A program made the translations under genes and the position numbers. Positions 48,267-59,905 of a stretch of 64,000 bases of DNA are shown in pieces. The stretch lies in NCBI GenBank assembly GCA_965603825.1, contig CBFDEM010000057.1, forward strand, positions 794,818 to 858,817, given 5' to 3'. The stretch comes from Blepharisma stoltei ATCC 30299. Its lineage: Eukaryota > Protista > Ciliophora. Positions within the stretch are counted from its first letter, which is position 1. Each line of letters begins with the position of its first letter. The notes beneath the pieces are model-generated. The model searched no databases. It had not been told where the DNA came from and saw only the letters and a list, made by a program, of their open reading frames with translations.

Positions 48267-51200
48267 TTAGCGATTTTGCCTCATTTCATTAAGCATCTCA
48301 TCTATTTTTTCTTCAAAAGCTTTATCTCTTTTTTCAATTTTATTTTCTAAACTTTGCATTTCTTCTTTGAACGCTTCCATATCACGAATTTTCAGCCTTC
48401 CATACAAGCCCTGAATCTCTTCTTTTAACCATTCTTTATTAATTGCATTTTTTCTTAATTCAATTATATCCTGCTTTAAACACCTAATTTCTTCCCTTAA
48501 TTCTTTCACATTTTCATCTAGGGCATCCTTTTTTACATTTTCTTGAAAATAATCGCATCTTTGCATGTATTGCCTTTTTCCTTGATTATGGTTTCTCCTC
48601 CAAAACAGCACAGTCTCTATCTCAATAATAACTCTCAGCATTTCTTCCAAGTCAATTTCTTGGGTAATCTCTTTAAGTCTTGAAAAAGAATCCCCTAGCA
48701 CTGAAACTAATAAATTCAATAGAACAATTACATTGATTAAGCTCGCCACTGTGAAATAAAGATACTGTAAAATTGAGAAACCGTCATTATCAAACTGTCC
48801 GATTTCAAGCTCATAGGTATTTTTCCACACTGATATGATGTCCATAGATTGATCAGTTGATGCATAAATCACTGAAAAAGAAAGAATCGAATATAAAAGA
48901 ATAACCAAAAATGATATCGCATCGTAAACTGCATGTAAAATCAATCTAACGTAAAAACGAGTCATATCAAAAGCACGGAAATAAGAGGATCCTCGAGCGA
49001 AATTAATGGCCGCTGTAAAATATGTGAGGGGATAAGGGCAGTCGTCATTAATGGTGAGGATGCTTCATATAAGGCACATCGCCAAACGAGTGGTGTCTAT
49101 ATAGAATCATGGATCTGAAATGCAGCCTCAAAAGTCTGCATAAATTTGGACCACTTCATAGAGCCCAAGGAAAATATTTACAAGTATAAAGGCACAAAAA
49201 ATTGAGGAGTCTTGAGTGAATACAGCAAAAATCATCAAAGCAATATTTGCCCAAAAGACCAAGGATTGAGCTAGAATAATACATTTTAGTGAATCTCATT
49301 TTAATTTTATCAAGGTCCGAATAAAATCTGTTCTGTAGATTTCAAATTCTTTTCTATTATTAATTGCTTTGAGCATATTTAAGCTTTCAGATGATCCCAT
49401 TGAAAAATTTCATCCAAAATAGCTTGCTCAGAACTGCACCAGTGTTTCTTCTTTATTTATAATGCTATCTGATTCATACACAAACTCATTTCTCCTCAAT
49501 ATTACTGTGGGAGAAAAAATTGTATTTGGCAGATCTTTTTTTGGCACTGCAAAACCAACTAATTCATCTTTTTCGCTTTTAAAAATACAAGCCAAAAGCA
49601 AAACCAGATTTTTTAATTTTATCTCAAAAAGATGAGGAATATCGTCTCTTATAGCATGGACTGATATAAGCAGCGATTTTTCATCCTTAATTTTTGATAA
49701 ATAAAGAAGTATCTCATCAATGCATCTTCTTGATTTCTTAGTAATTGCATATGTAAGCGGGCTTGAGCCATTCAAATCTCTGATAATAGGCGGCTCATAA
49801 TTAAGTACTTTACTTAGACAAGAAATATTATCAAAATAGCAATAATAATGCAAGCAATTTATCCTGAGTGGATAAATCGTGATATCAGAAAATCTTTTAA
49901 TACTTTCATCATCTTCTGCTCTAATGACCTTTTTAATTGATATTTTTGTCATAGTTTTGTATAACTTATCAGAATAAGTGGATATTTCTTTCAATTGAGT
50001 AGGGTGGCTGATCAACTTTTGGAGATCATAAACCTCAACATTTTGTCGGGAGCCTGCAATAATTTTCCAATCTTCATAAGGTGATTTTACTAGTTTGATG
50101 GGTCTTTTGTGGTCTGTTATTGTGGCTATTTTATTTCAATCAACAAAGCTCCATAAAATCATTTTCCCATCATTTAGACCAGCTATAATAAATTTATCAT
50201 TATCAATTAGTTCTATACAGTTCGCTACATCAGAATTGTCCAAACTCACGATTTCTTTTCTTTCATCAATGTCCCATATTTTGATAGTTTTGTCAAGTGA
50301 GCTTGAAACTGCATATTTTTCATTTTTAGTCAATTTTAGGCACTTTATAGCATCAGTATGGCCACTTATTACAGCAATTTGAGCTTTTATTGAAATATTT
50401 CAAATCCTAATAGTTTTATCGTCTGACCCTGATATAAGAAATCTCATATTAGAAAACACTTTTAAGCAAGAGATCGCTTTTGAATGGCCGAATAGGATTC
50501 CATCTAAATCTCACTGATTTTTATTCCACAAACAAATCTGGCAATCTGCTCCTCCTGAAATGGCAAAATCCTTTGTTTCTTCTATACACAGCACATCAGA
50601 CCCATGACCTTCTAGAGACGCAATTTCATTTCAGTTTCCTATGCTTCAAACCTTAATGAACTTATCTTTTGAGCCAGACAGTAAATATTTATTATCTGCT
50701 GTCACAAATAATACTAAAATCGAAGCTAAATTTCCTGATAAATCTGTAATTCATTTTCTATTTTCAACGTTTCATACTTTAATTTCTCCATAACTTCCTG
50801 ATATCAAATATTCCCCATCTTTAGTGATTTCTAGGCATTTGATTTTACTATGATGGCCTTGCAGCGAGCCAATTTTGCAATTTTCGATAGCATCCCAGCA
50901 AATAATTGAAGTATCACATATACTTGAAAAAAAGTTTTGGCCATCAGCTGCAATATGAATATATTCAAATTCTTTCAAAAATCTACTGTCTAAGTCACCG
51001 TTTGAAGCCAAACTGAAGTCATTTTTTTCCAGACTTCAAATTCCTATGCTTTCTACTGTATTTGCAATAAGTCAATTTCTCTCATCAGTTTCACATAATG
51101 TAAGAATGGACTGATCATGCAATTTCAAGCTTTCCACCTCAGCTGCTAGCTTTATATTGTATATTTTTATTGACCCACTAAATAATCCAGCGATTAAAAA

Positions 51201-52130
51201 TCGTGAATCTCTTGAAAACTTGATATCCTCAACATAATCATGCAAATCCAATTTAAATGAAGCTATTTCTTTCCTTTTCAAAAGTCCTCATATTTTAATC
51301 TGTTCTCTTGCAAACGCAAAATATTTTCCGTTTTTGCTGATTTTTATGCTTGGGATATTTTTCATTCCTGTGTGAATAACAGCCTCAACGCGAGTTTCAG
51401 CAACATCTCAGAACCTTATAGTTCCATCATTGGAGCACGATAAGACCCAGTTTTCTTGGCTAGTTAGCTTTAAGCAATTGACATTTTCAGTGTGACCCTC
51501 CAAAATTGCAATTAAAAATTTGGTTTCTAAGCTCCACACTCTGATAGCTTTATCTTCTCCTGCTGAAAATAAAAAATTGTTTTTTGTGATTTGGATACAA
51601 ATGATTACTTCACTGTGGCCTTCTAATTTTTTTAACTTTTGGCCGTCTTCTAAATTTCATATAATGAGTCCTGAATCTGTAGATGCAGTGACTAACAATT
51701 TATTATCATTTGTAATTCCCAGGTCATTTACCATATGTATGCCTTCTAATACTGCAATGTGTTGCATTAGTCTTGGATTTCATATTCGCACGGTCCCGTC
51801 CCTTGAATGTGAGCACATGTAACTTCCATCTTTTGAAAGCTTAAGTAGCAAAATTTGGTCATTGTGGCCTTGAAGGCTCCCTATTCATGATTTCTCTTCT
51901 AAACTATAAATTTTTATTGAGCCATCAATGATTCCACAATATAAGAAATTTCGACGAGTTATTATAGAGTGGGAAGCTTCCTTCAAAATCGTAGGCCTAC
52001 CATAGTCAGGCAAACCTTTTAAGATGCTTTCTATGGATAGCAGTGAAGGAAACGACTGAACAGTCTCTTCTGAGAACTCACTAAAGGTGTCTAATGGTAT
52101 TGTTTTTGAAGTTACCGTGCCAGATTTCAT
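48267..52130 (-). CDS. WD40-repeat / ankyrin-like / TRP-like ion channel fusion, 1287 aa
   Basis: One frame with ~20 TGA codons; repeated GH...IKIW(D) units; NCLHY..GSSPLTYAI ankyrin-like segment; TMs with FRAFDMTRFYVRLI, ELEIGQF pore and VIVLLNLLVSVLGDSF S6; coiled coil. Confidence 0.85.
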
Positions 52131-52301
52131 TTATATTTTTATCAAAGGCGATTAAATGGCTATACTAAATTTATGAAAATTAAAAATTGTTTGAAAATAT
52201 TAATCGCATCAGAAATTTATGAAGGTATAACGGTACTTCGAGAAAATTTGCCTGGTTGAAGGAGTGACTATCTGCCCATACTCTTATTCTAAGAATTATC
52301 T

Positions 52302-52397
52302 ATGCACGTCTTATACTAGAAAGCATATAAAGCTTCCTAATAAGATCCATGCAAGTCTTAAACTAGAAAGCATATAAAGCTTCCTAATAAGATCCAT
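52302..52397. repeat. 47-bp tandem duplication (2 copies, 2 mismatches)
   Basis: atgcacgtcttatactagaaagcatataaagcttcctaataagatcc / atgcaagtcttaaactagaaagcatataaagcttcctaataagatcc. Confidence 0.92.
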
Positions 52398-52699
52398 ACC
52401 CTTGATTTTATTTTTGGAGAGTTTTTCGAAGGTATAGAAGAGGCAGTTCTTTTATATCTTACAGGAAAATGGCTAAAAAGAAAAATTTCAGCGTCTCTCA
52501 GGCACACATATTACTTGAAGAATGGCTAGAATGGAAAATTTCTGAAACTTTAAATAAATTGAATGGCTAAGAATTAGAAAATGATTTTTGAAGAGCTTGC
52601 TTGGTAAATGAGCAATCCAAAAGCTTGTGAATTATCCTTTTCGGGATTGTATTAAAATATATCATCAAAAGACATTACTTTATATCATGAAAGATGTCG

Positions 52700-53125
52700 A
52701 TAATAGAAAAATGATGTAGAATTTATAACACTGAAAGTCAAAGCAGCGAGACAAAAACCTTGGGGATTCCAGAACTGCTTGGCTGAGATAACAGCACAGT
52801 GTTTAATAGGAACATTTTGGTTTTGAATTCAAAATAGAAATCTTTTGTCGTATGCAATTAAGTTTGACTCGACCCGCTCCTTTATGAATTCACAGCAGAT
52901 AAAAGAAAAACTCTAATAGATTTAAAACATAATTCTTTTGATTGAAGGTGGCAAGATTCAGCTTATGAAAGCCAAATTGAAAGCGACGCTACTTGGATAC
53001 GAGTTTCTGACTCAAAAATCTTGGGAAATATTTTTTCTTAATAAAGGAGTGATATAAATTGGATGCCATTATAGATAGAATTGCTACAGAATACTGCAAG
53101 TTTACTTGAACAAAAAAAGTGACTA
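52700..53125 (+). pseudogene. Degraded, internally deleted paralogue of the Kelch-like family gene at 59906-60961
   Basis: IYNTESQSSETKTLGIPE, RNLLSYAIKFDS, YEFTADKRKTLI, YESQIESDATW and NKGVI* correspond in order to motifs in the intact gene; stops and frameshifts present. Confidence 0.7.
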
Positions 53126-53192
53126 AAGTTTTTTACATTAATTTAAACTTTAATATATCAATCCACAACCTTCTCGAAAATGGTTATTAAAA

Positions 53193-54440
53193 ATGAGCTC
53201 AGACTCATGTGATATTGAAAGCTGCGAAAATGATGCCAATTTTATGTGCAATTGTGCTAACCCCGAAACATTTTTATGCTCATCCCACATAAGCAAGCAT
53301 CTTCAAGATTCTCCAGGTCCCCATCACGCCATTAAAATAAACTCCGAAAAAAAAATCCAAACAAAGACTGAAACAATTGACTACTTAGCAAAACAAACAG
53401 AAAAGCTCAAAAAACTCAAAAAAAGCTTATGCAAAGAAATAGCATCAAAAATCATAATGATTGAAGCCAGCCTTCTCAGCTGTACAAAGAAAATTGACAG
53501 AAAAATTCTAAGTATCAACCTAAAAATAAAAGACTTGATTTCTTCGGAAGAGAAATCAGAAAATGACCCTAACCTTAACACTTTTATGAAGCTGTGGAAG
53601 AGGAGAGGATCTTTAAATATCGATGACCTGGAAAAGCGAGGATCTGTCGATATTGTCATACCTGAGAAAAAAGGATCAGTTGATGTCAATTGTCTGAGAA
53701 GAGGATCATTTGACTGTGTGGTCAGTGAAACTGTGAGTACGATAAATAACTATAGCTTGCAGAATTTAATGAGAGAAATAAACTTATTTATGAGGAGTGC
53801 TGAAAGAATAAAAATCCATGAGTGGAATGATTCTCCTACAAGTACCAAGATGTTTGACGATAGCATTACACCAACGATTAAGGAGCTTCCAGAAACAAAC
53901 AAGAAAAAATATAAAAAAAAATTTAAAAAAGTAAAAAAGCAAGCTGAAATTGTTGAGGAAGAAGGAAGCTGTAGAGGATCTATAGAAAACTTAAAAGAAA
54001 TGGAAGAAAAATTGATTAAAAGTTCAGAAATTTCAAAGATTAATGGTAAAATAAATGGAAATGAAAAGCAAGCACCAGCCCCTATTCAAGTAAATCTAAA
54101 TATTAAAGAAAATGACACTAAGCGTGAGGATAATGACAGCTTTAAAAGCAAGCCTTTGCAAAGTTACTGCTTTAAAAATGTTCCAAGAATAAATTCAAGA
54201 GAGTCCTTAAGTCCGAAATCAAGCGAAATGAAAATTGAGGTTAGGGCAAGCTTAGAGTGCTGCTGTTGTGGAGAGTTTTTTGACTCTTCTGAAGTAGTGG
54301 AAAATTTCTGTGGTTGTCTTACATGCTCTAAATGCAATATTTTGGAGATGAAAAAGTGCTATCATATGAGGGGATATTTTGTTAATGAAGTCTGCAAAAA
54401 TTGCCAGAGGCAGAGACAAGTGACTGGGCATCGTTGGTAG
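53193..54440 (+). CDS. Zinc-finger (B-box-like N-terminus) / coiled-coil / RING-like C-terminus protein
   Basis: CDIESC..FMCNC....FLCSSHISKH; C-terminal CCCC..CGCLTCSKC..CKNC. Confidence 0.75.
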   Translation: MSSDSCDIESCENDANFMCNCANPETFLCSSHISKHLQDSPGPHHAIKINSEKKIQTKTETIDYLAKQTEKLKKLKKSLCKEIASKIIMIEASLLSCTKKIDRKILSINLKIKDLISSEEKSENDPNLNTFMKLWKRRGSLNIDDLEKRGSVDIVIPEKKGSVDVNCLRRGSFDCVVSETVSTINNYSLQNLMREINLFMRSAERIKIHEWNDSPTSTKMFDDSITPTIKELPETNKKKYKKKFKKVKKQAEIVEEEGSCRGSIENLKEMEEKLIKSSEISKINGKINGNEKQAPAPIQVNLNIKENDTKREDNDSFKSKPLQSYCFKNVPRINSRESLSPKSSEMKIEVRASLECCCCGEFFDSSEVVENFCGCLTCSKCNILEMKKCYHMRGYFVNEVCKNCQRQRQVTGHRW

Positions 54441-54907
54441 CAGAGTGAAATTCTAAAATAAATGTAAATAGATCTATAGTTTATAAACCAAAGCCTTAAA
54501 GGTTAATTTTATTTAATCTTTTATATAAATTTCTTTATTATTCATAATAAATAATTCCAAATTAAATAAATACCAAAAATGAATGCATTTGACTCAATGA
54601 TTTAAGAAATGTGAAAAATGCATAATATTAATTAAATTATTTATTATAAAGATCTCAACGACATCAAAATAGAAAAAAATTAAGCTTGATGAATCATCAT
54701 AAAAGCAAAACTAGGCGCAATCATTTCTGATAAAATTTTATTATTTTAACAAATAAAAAAATTTTGCGTTAAAATAGCTTGGGTTGCTCCAACGCTCAAA
54801 ATTTATTGTCAAAATTCACCAAAGTATTTTGTTGTAATAATCTTTCCATTGAATTTTGACAAAGTTTATGAATTTCTTTTATTTCTCTCATTTTATCAAT
54901 AAAGGAA

Positions 54908-56401
54908 ATGGCATTAAGTATCCGCCCACCTTCTGTTCTAACAGTAGAGCCATCCGGGTTTGGCTTTTGGACTGGCTACTTTTTCGCCGTCAACTGCGTT
55001 GTAGGAGCTGGCTTTTTAAGTCTCCCCTGGGCTTATGAAAACGGCGGGTGGCTTTTTTGCCTGCTATATCAAATTTTTATGACAATTTTTAGCTTGATTC
55101 TTTCACATATGGTTTTTGAAATAATGGGCCGTGTTGAAGTTCTCACACGAATTCAAGAACTCGGTAAAGATGTTCCACAGCTCGATTTTAAGCTTCTAAT
55201 TTTTGGAAAATCAAAAGGAGAACAATTAATTCCAATTACAGATCAAGAGCCAAAAATTACCTCAAGAAGAACAGACTTATCAGAAATCGCCAGACTGCTA
55301 TTTGGCGAGCATTTCGGCCGATTATATTTAGTTATTTTATACATTTATCAGCAAGGGATTCAAGTTTCCTATGCTTCAATTTTTTCCACATCTTTTGCAT
55401 CAAATATCCCTTTAGGGAATCTTGACACTTGTGATGTGTATGAGGAAGCTGGGTTTTATAATAATTGCAAATGAAAATATTGGATTTATTTGCTGATTTT
55501 TGGGGGATTTATGGTATATTTGACACTGAAAGGAATGGAAGAGCAGGTTTGGTTCCAATCCTGCATGACTTTTATGAGGTTTCTTGTAATGAGCTTAGTT
55601 ATCATTACAAGTATTTATGATATTGCAACAAATAATAGCAACGAAAGTGACAATCGAAATAATATAGAAATGCCGCCTTTAATTGCCTTTGAGCATCTTG
55701 GGTCTGCAATACCAATTGTCCTTGTAGCTATGGCATTTCAAAACTCGATTCCTACTATTGTGCAGCATGTTACAGATAAAGAAACAAACTTAAGGAAAAT
55801 AGCGAATGCTTCTACCTTGACTGCTTTTGGGTTTTATATGCTATTAGGAATGCTTGTTCCCGTCGCAATTGATGATGTCCCAAGCATGTCTACTTTATCT
55901 TATAGGAATTACACAGCTGGGCATGAAAGGCATAATCGTCCTTGGTGAACTTATATTATTGAGTACATTGTGGTCATTTTTCCAGCACTTGACGTATTTT
56001 CGAGTTTTCCTATACAAGCTATTACGCTTGCTGATAATTTGTGCACAAGATATTATGGGAATATTCCGAAATTTCATATGCCAAAGAGAGGAGTGAGGTT
56101 CTTTAGACTGCTAGTTGTCATCCCTCCACTTATTATTGCATTCTTAGAATATAATTTGGTAAAACTAATATAGGGATTTATATTGGAGTGGACTGGACTA
56201 TTAGGGATCTTATTGATACCAGCTGCAATACCAATGATGCATTTAGCGGCTAGAAGATTAGTTGATGGAGAATCTGTGCATGATATAAATATTGTTCCAC
56301 CTGTAAGCTATATATAGATGCTGTGTGTCATTTTAAGCGTTGCTCATGTATTTATCGCAATTTTAGTTGTAGTTCTGAATATTTTAGAGTCAACGAAATA
56401 A
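54908..56401 (+). CDS. Amino acid/auxin permease family transporter (TMEM104-like), two introns
   Basis: AVNCVVGAGFLSLPW, FQNSIP, FPALDVFSSFPIQAITLADN; TGAs at 55472 and 55946. Confidence 0.88.
56159..56173 (+). other. 15-nt intron GTAAAACTAATATAG
   Basis: Consensus match; removes a TAG and the TM segments continue. Confidence 0.88.
56303..56317 (+). other. 15-nt intron GTAAGCTATATATAG
   Basis: Consensus match; removes a TAG before the last TM helix. Confidence 0.85.
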
Positions 56402-56490
56402 ATGGAGATTTATTTACTAATCATATATTTTTCGTTTATTAAAAAGCGTAATTCTGCTTTATTATTTAATTATTATTTCATTGTTGAAAT

Positions 56491-58548
56491 CTATAATAAA
56501 TCTGTCACATCTTGCTCTCTCTCCTCGTTTAGTATATCACCTAATTCAGCTAATTTTATTTCTTTGATTTCTATATGGTATGCTTCTTCAAGTCTCTTCA
56601 AGGCTGATAAATCTCCATTGTCGCTGATAATATTTATTGCTATCCCATGTCTTCCAAATCTTGAGCATCTTCCGACTCGATGAATATAGCATTCTTCGTC
56701 AAACTTTCTGGTACGTAAAAATCTTGGCAGATCAAGATTGACAACGCATTTCACTTTAATATTGTCAATGCCTCTCGCAAGCAAATTTGTTGTAACAATG
56801 ATTGAATATCTTCCAGCTTTAAAATTACTCATTGTAGACTCTCTTCTTGATGTCGTCATGCTTTTTCCTATAAGTAAGGCAACTGATCAGTCCATATCTG
56901 AAAGAGAATTAAAGACTGTTTGGGCGCGGTCACGAGAATTTACAAACACAATTGTGACTCCGTTTTGGGCTTTCTTTAAGAATTTAACAAGTGTTCTTAG
57001 CTTGTCAGATTCTCGAGAAACGATATAATAGTGATCAATTGTAGGGGAAATCAAATTCATTTTTTTGACAGAAATCTCATTTACATTCCCAAGTAATTTT
57101 TTCATATTATCTTTAGTATCTTCAGGAAAAGTAGCCGAAAACAGCAATGCCTGCATATTTTTCCCTAAAGATTTTGTAAGGAAAATTTTAATTTTCTGAT
57201 AAACATCTAAATTATCCTTTTTATCCCACAAAAAATCAGCTTCATCCATAACAACAACTTTCAAATCTTTTATACTTATATACTTTGACTTTAAAGACTT
57301 AAAGAAAGTCCCAGACGTGCAGACTAAAACTTGTCCTCTGTCTTTTTCATGGTTCCTAATAATTAGTCCCACAGAAACTCCGCAATATTTTGCAAATCTC
57401 TGATATTCCTCATAATTTTGTTTCGTCATTTCATATGTATGGCATATACATACAGCCTGAGTGTTAGGATTTGATGTATCAATTCTGCATAGAGAACCAA
57501 TTACAAAGGTAGCAGTTTTTCCTGATCCTGTAGGTGCTTGGGCTATTAAGCTATCATGGCCTTCTTTTAATATTAAATCAATGCCATAGTTTTGAATTTT
57601 TGATGGGAAAGAATATCCTACTCTTTCAATAGCTCTCAAGACGCGGGCTGGTATAGGAAGCTCATTTCATTCTTTGTTATACCGGAATGTCGAGAGCTCA
57701 TCAGGCTCTTGCAACTCTTCTGATTCTTGGAAAAGGATTCTTGACTGGCTATCATTTTCAGAAATATTGTGATGGATAATTTCCGCCCTTTCTAAGGCCC
57801 CTCTGCGATAGTCGACCCATTGATCGAAATTGGCTTCATTTTCATTTGGATTTTTTTCTTCTTCATTGTCCTCAAAATCAAAAATTTTGGATGACTGGAC
57901 AGCTGGCTTTGGATCAGATGGGACTCAAATAGAAGAATCTAAACTGAGTTGAGCAGTCTGACAAGTTTTGCATATTTTTTCTGAAATTTGGCTTAAAGAT
58001 GAACAGTTTATACAAGCAGGGCATCCACAGTCAAGAGTTTTCATAAGCTCTTCTCCAAAGGATTCGTGGCATGATTGACACTCTATGATATTCTTGCTGG
58101 CTGGAATGCTTTTGACTTCTTTATTTTCTTTTTTCAGGAGAATTAAATAGGCCTCATTGAGTGTGTTATAATCCTTTCTTAACTTTTCATTTTCAGATTT
58201 AAGGTCTTGGATACTCTGTTTATTGGCTTCCTCTAAGCTATCTTTTTCAATTTTCAGATTAAAATATTTTTCTAAAGCTTCAGTTTTAGCTTCTTCTGCC
58301 ATTTTAGCAGTCACATCAAGCTTCGTCTTGAGATCACTTATTTCTTGTATAAGCTTATCATTTTCTTTCGTTTTATCTTCTAGGGTACTTCTTGAGCAGT
58401 GATCATTATTTGAGTTGCCCTTTTTATTTATGGCTTGTTTATTCTTGCAAGAGGATTCTGAGTGTTTTTGGATTCTAGTGTTTTGAAAAAGCTCTCTTGA
58501 TGATATATTTTCATCGAATTCTTTGAATAAATTGATTTGAAAGCACAT
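56491..58548 (-). CDS. DEAD-box RNA helicase (DBP5/DDX19-like) fused to an N-terminal coiled coil and RING-like zinc finger, 685 aa
   Basis: Three track ORFs in one frame via TGAs; PSKIQ, IAQAPTGSGKT, MDEAD, FSAT, LARGID, HRVGRCSRFG; N-terminal CQSC..LDCGCPACINC..CKTC. Confidence 0.82.
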
Positions 58549-58898
58549 GGCTAAGAATTATTTATTTATTAAATCAAAGAGCCCCATTTTGACTAATTAA
58601 ATAAAAAGGGGAAATTTTAGAATTTAATTATATTGCAACTTTTAGATATATTTAAATTCATCTTCAAGATGATTATTTTCATATACGAAATTTTAATTTC
58701 ATCTTAGATTAGATAACGATTGCTTAGAATAATTAATAAGCCAATTGCTCTAGTTTTATATTATCTCTTTAAATAATCTTAAATAAGCATGAATTTACTT
58801 TGTCTCTTAATTTTAATAGCAAAACTTAAAGAAATTATTTGCAAAATTGATATTTAAAATTATGAAGTGAATGATAATGATGCTCATTTATAAATAAA

Positions 58899-59519
58899 AT
58901 GATATCGCAAATTCTTTTAGCAACTTCTTTGTTTTTTGGGATCTTCAGCATTATCTGCAAATGACGGAAATATTCCACTTTGAGAATTAAAAATCCTTTT
59001 GAAATATCAGAATTAATCTCAATTTTATCAATACTCTTTTGGAATATTCTTGAATTAATTTCAAATTATTCCACATGTCTAGTTGGAAGGCAAGAGTTTT
59101 GCTTATTTTCTCTACTTAATCTTCAAGGAATCTGTTTGCTTGCTTTATCAATAAAAAAGAAATGAAATAACTTGTTGACTTTGTAAATTTTATTTAGAGG
59201 GCTGATCATAGTTCAATCGCTAGCATTATTTGTTGAAGGGACCCTTGAAATATCATTAAGAAGGGTAGAAATTTTAGGATTTTTATTAGGAATTTGTGTA
59301 ATGCTTTACAAGGCAAAAACTGAAGGGAAAGCTAAAATATTTAAATACTTGCAATGCGTATGGTTTTTATTGACATCGATTTTATTTTATTGCCTTTTGC
59401 CTACAGCTTATTTAGAATTTACTATTACACACTATGACATAGTTATTTTATTGCCCATTTTCCTTATATGTGACATGAAATCAGGGAGAATCTCATCTGA
59501 CACAGCATCAGTCATTTAA
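58899..59519 (+). CDS. Multi-pass membrane protein, ~201 aa (one intron)
   Basis: Continuous hydrophobic frame after reading two TGAs and removing intron 59183-59197. Confidence 0.6.
59183..59197 (+). other. 15-nt intron GTAAATTTTATTTAG
   Basis: Consensus match; removes an in-frame TAA. Confidence 0.7.
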
Positions 59520-59905
59520 ATTTTAAATTAAGAGTAACTTCGCTTATTAATTTTAATGTTTCTCATATTTATCCAAAATTTTCATAATTAAATGAATTTA
59601 AAGAGATTTGAAAATTTTAGGTCCAATAAAGCCATATAAAAAAGAAAAAATTATAGAACAATCTAATGTATAGACTATTTAGAGCTTATGATCAGGCAAA
59701 ATTTGTCCTTAATATTAAAATTTCCCTTCATTAACGTTTCAAGCATTTGCAATTTTAATAGCATTTGCCAAATAATTTTTAACAATTGCCAAGTCTATTT
59801 CAAGTATTAAATTTCTGTAGATAAATAATTTAAGCAAAGACTTGAAGCTTCATTTGAAAGATATTTATATAAATTCTACTTTAATAAGAATTTTTTCATA
59901 ATTTT

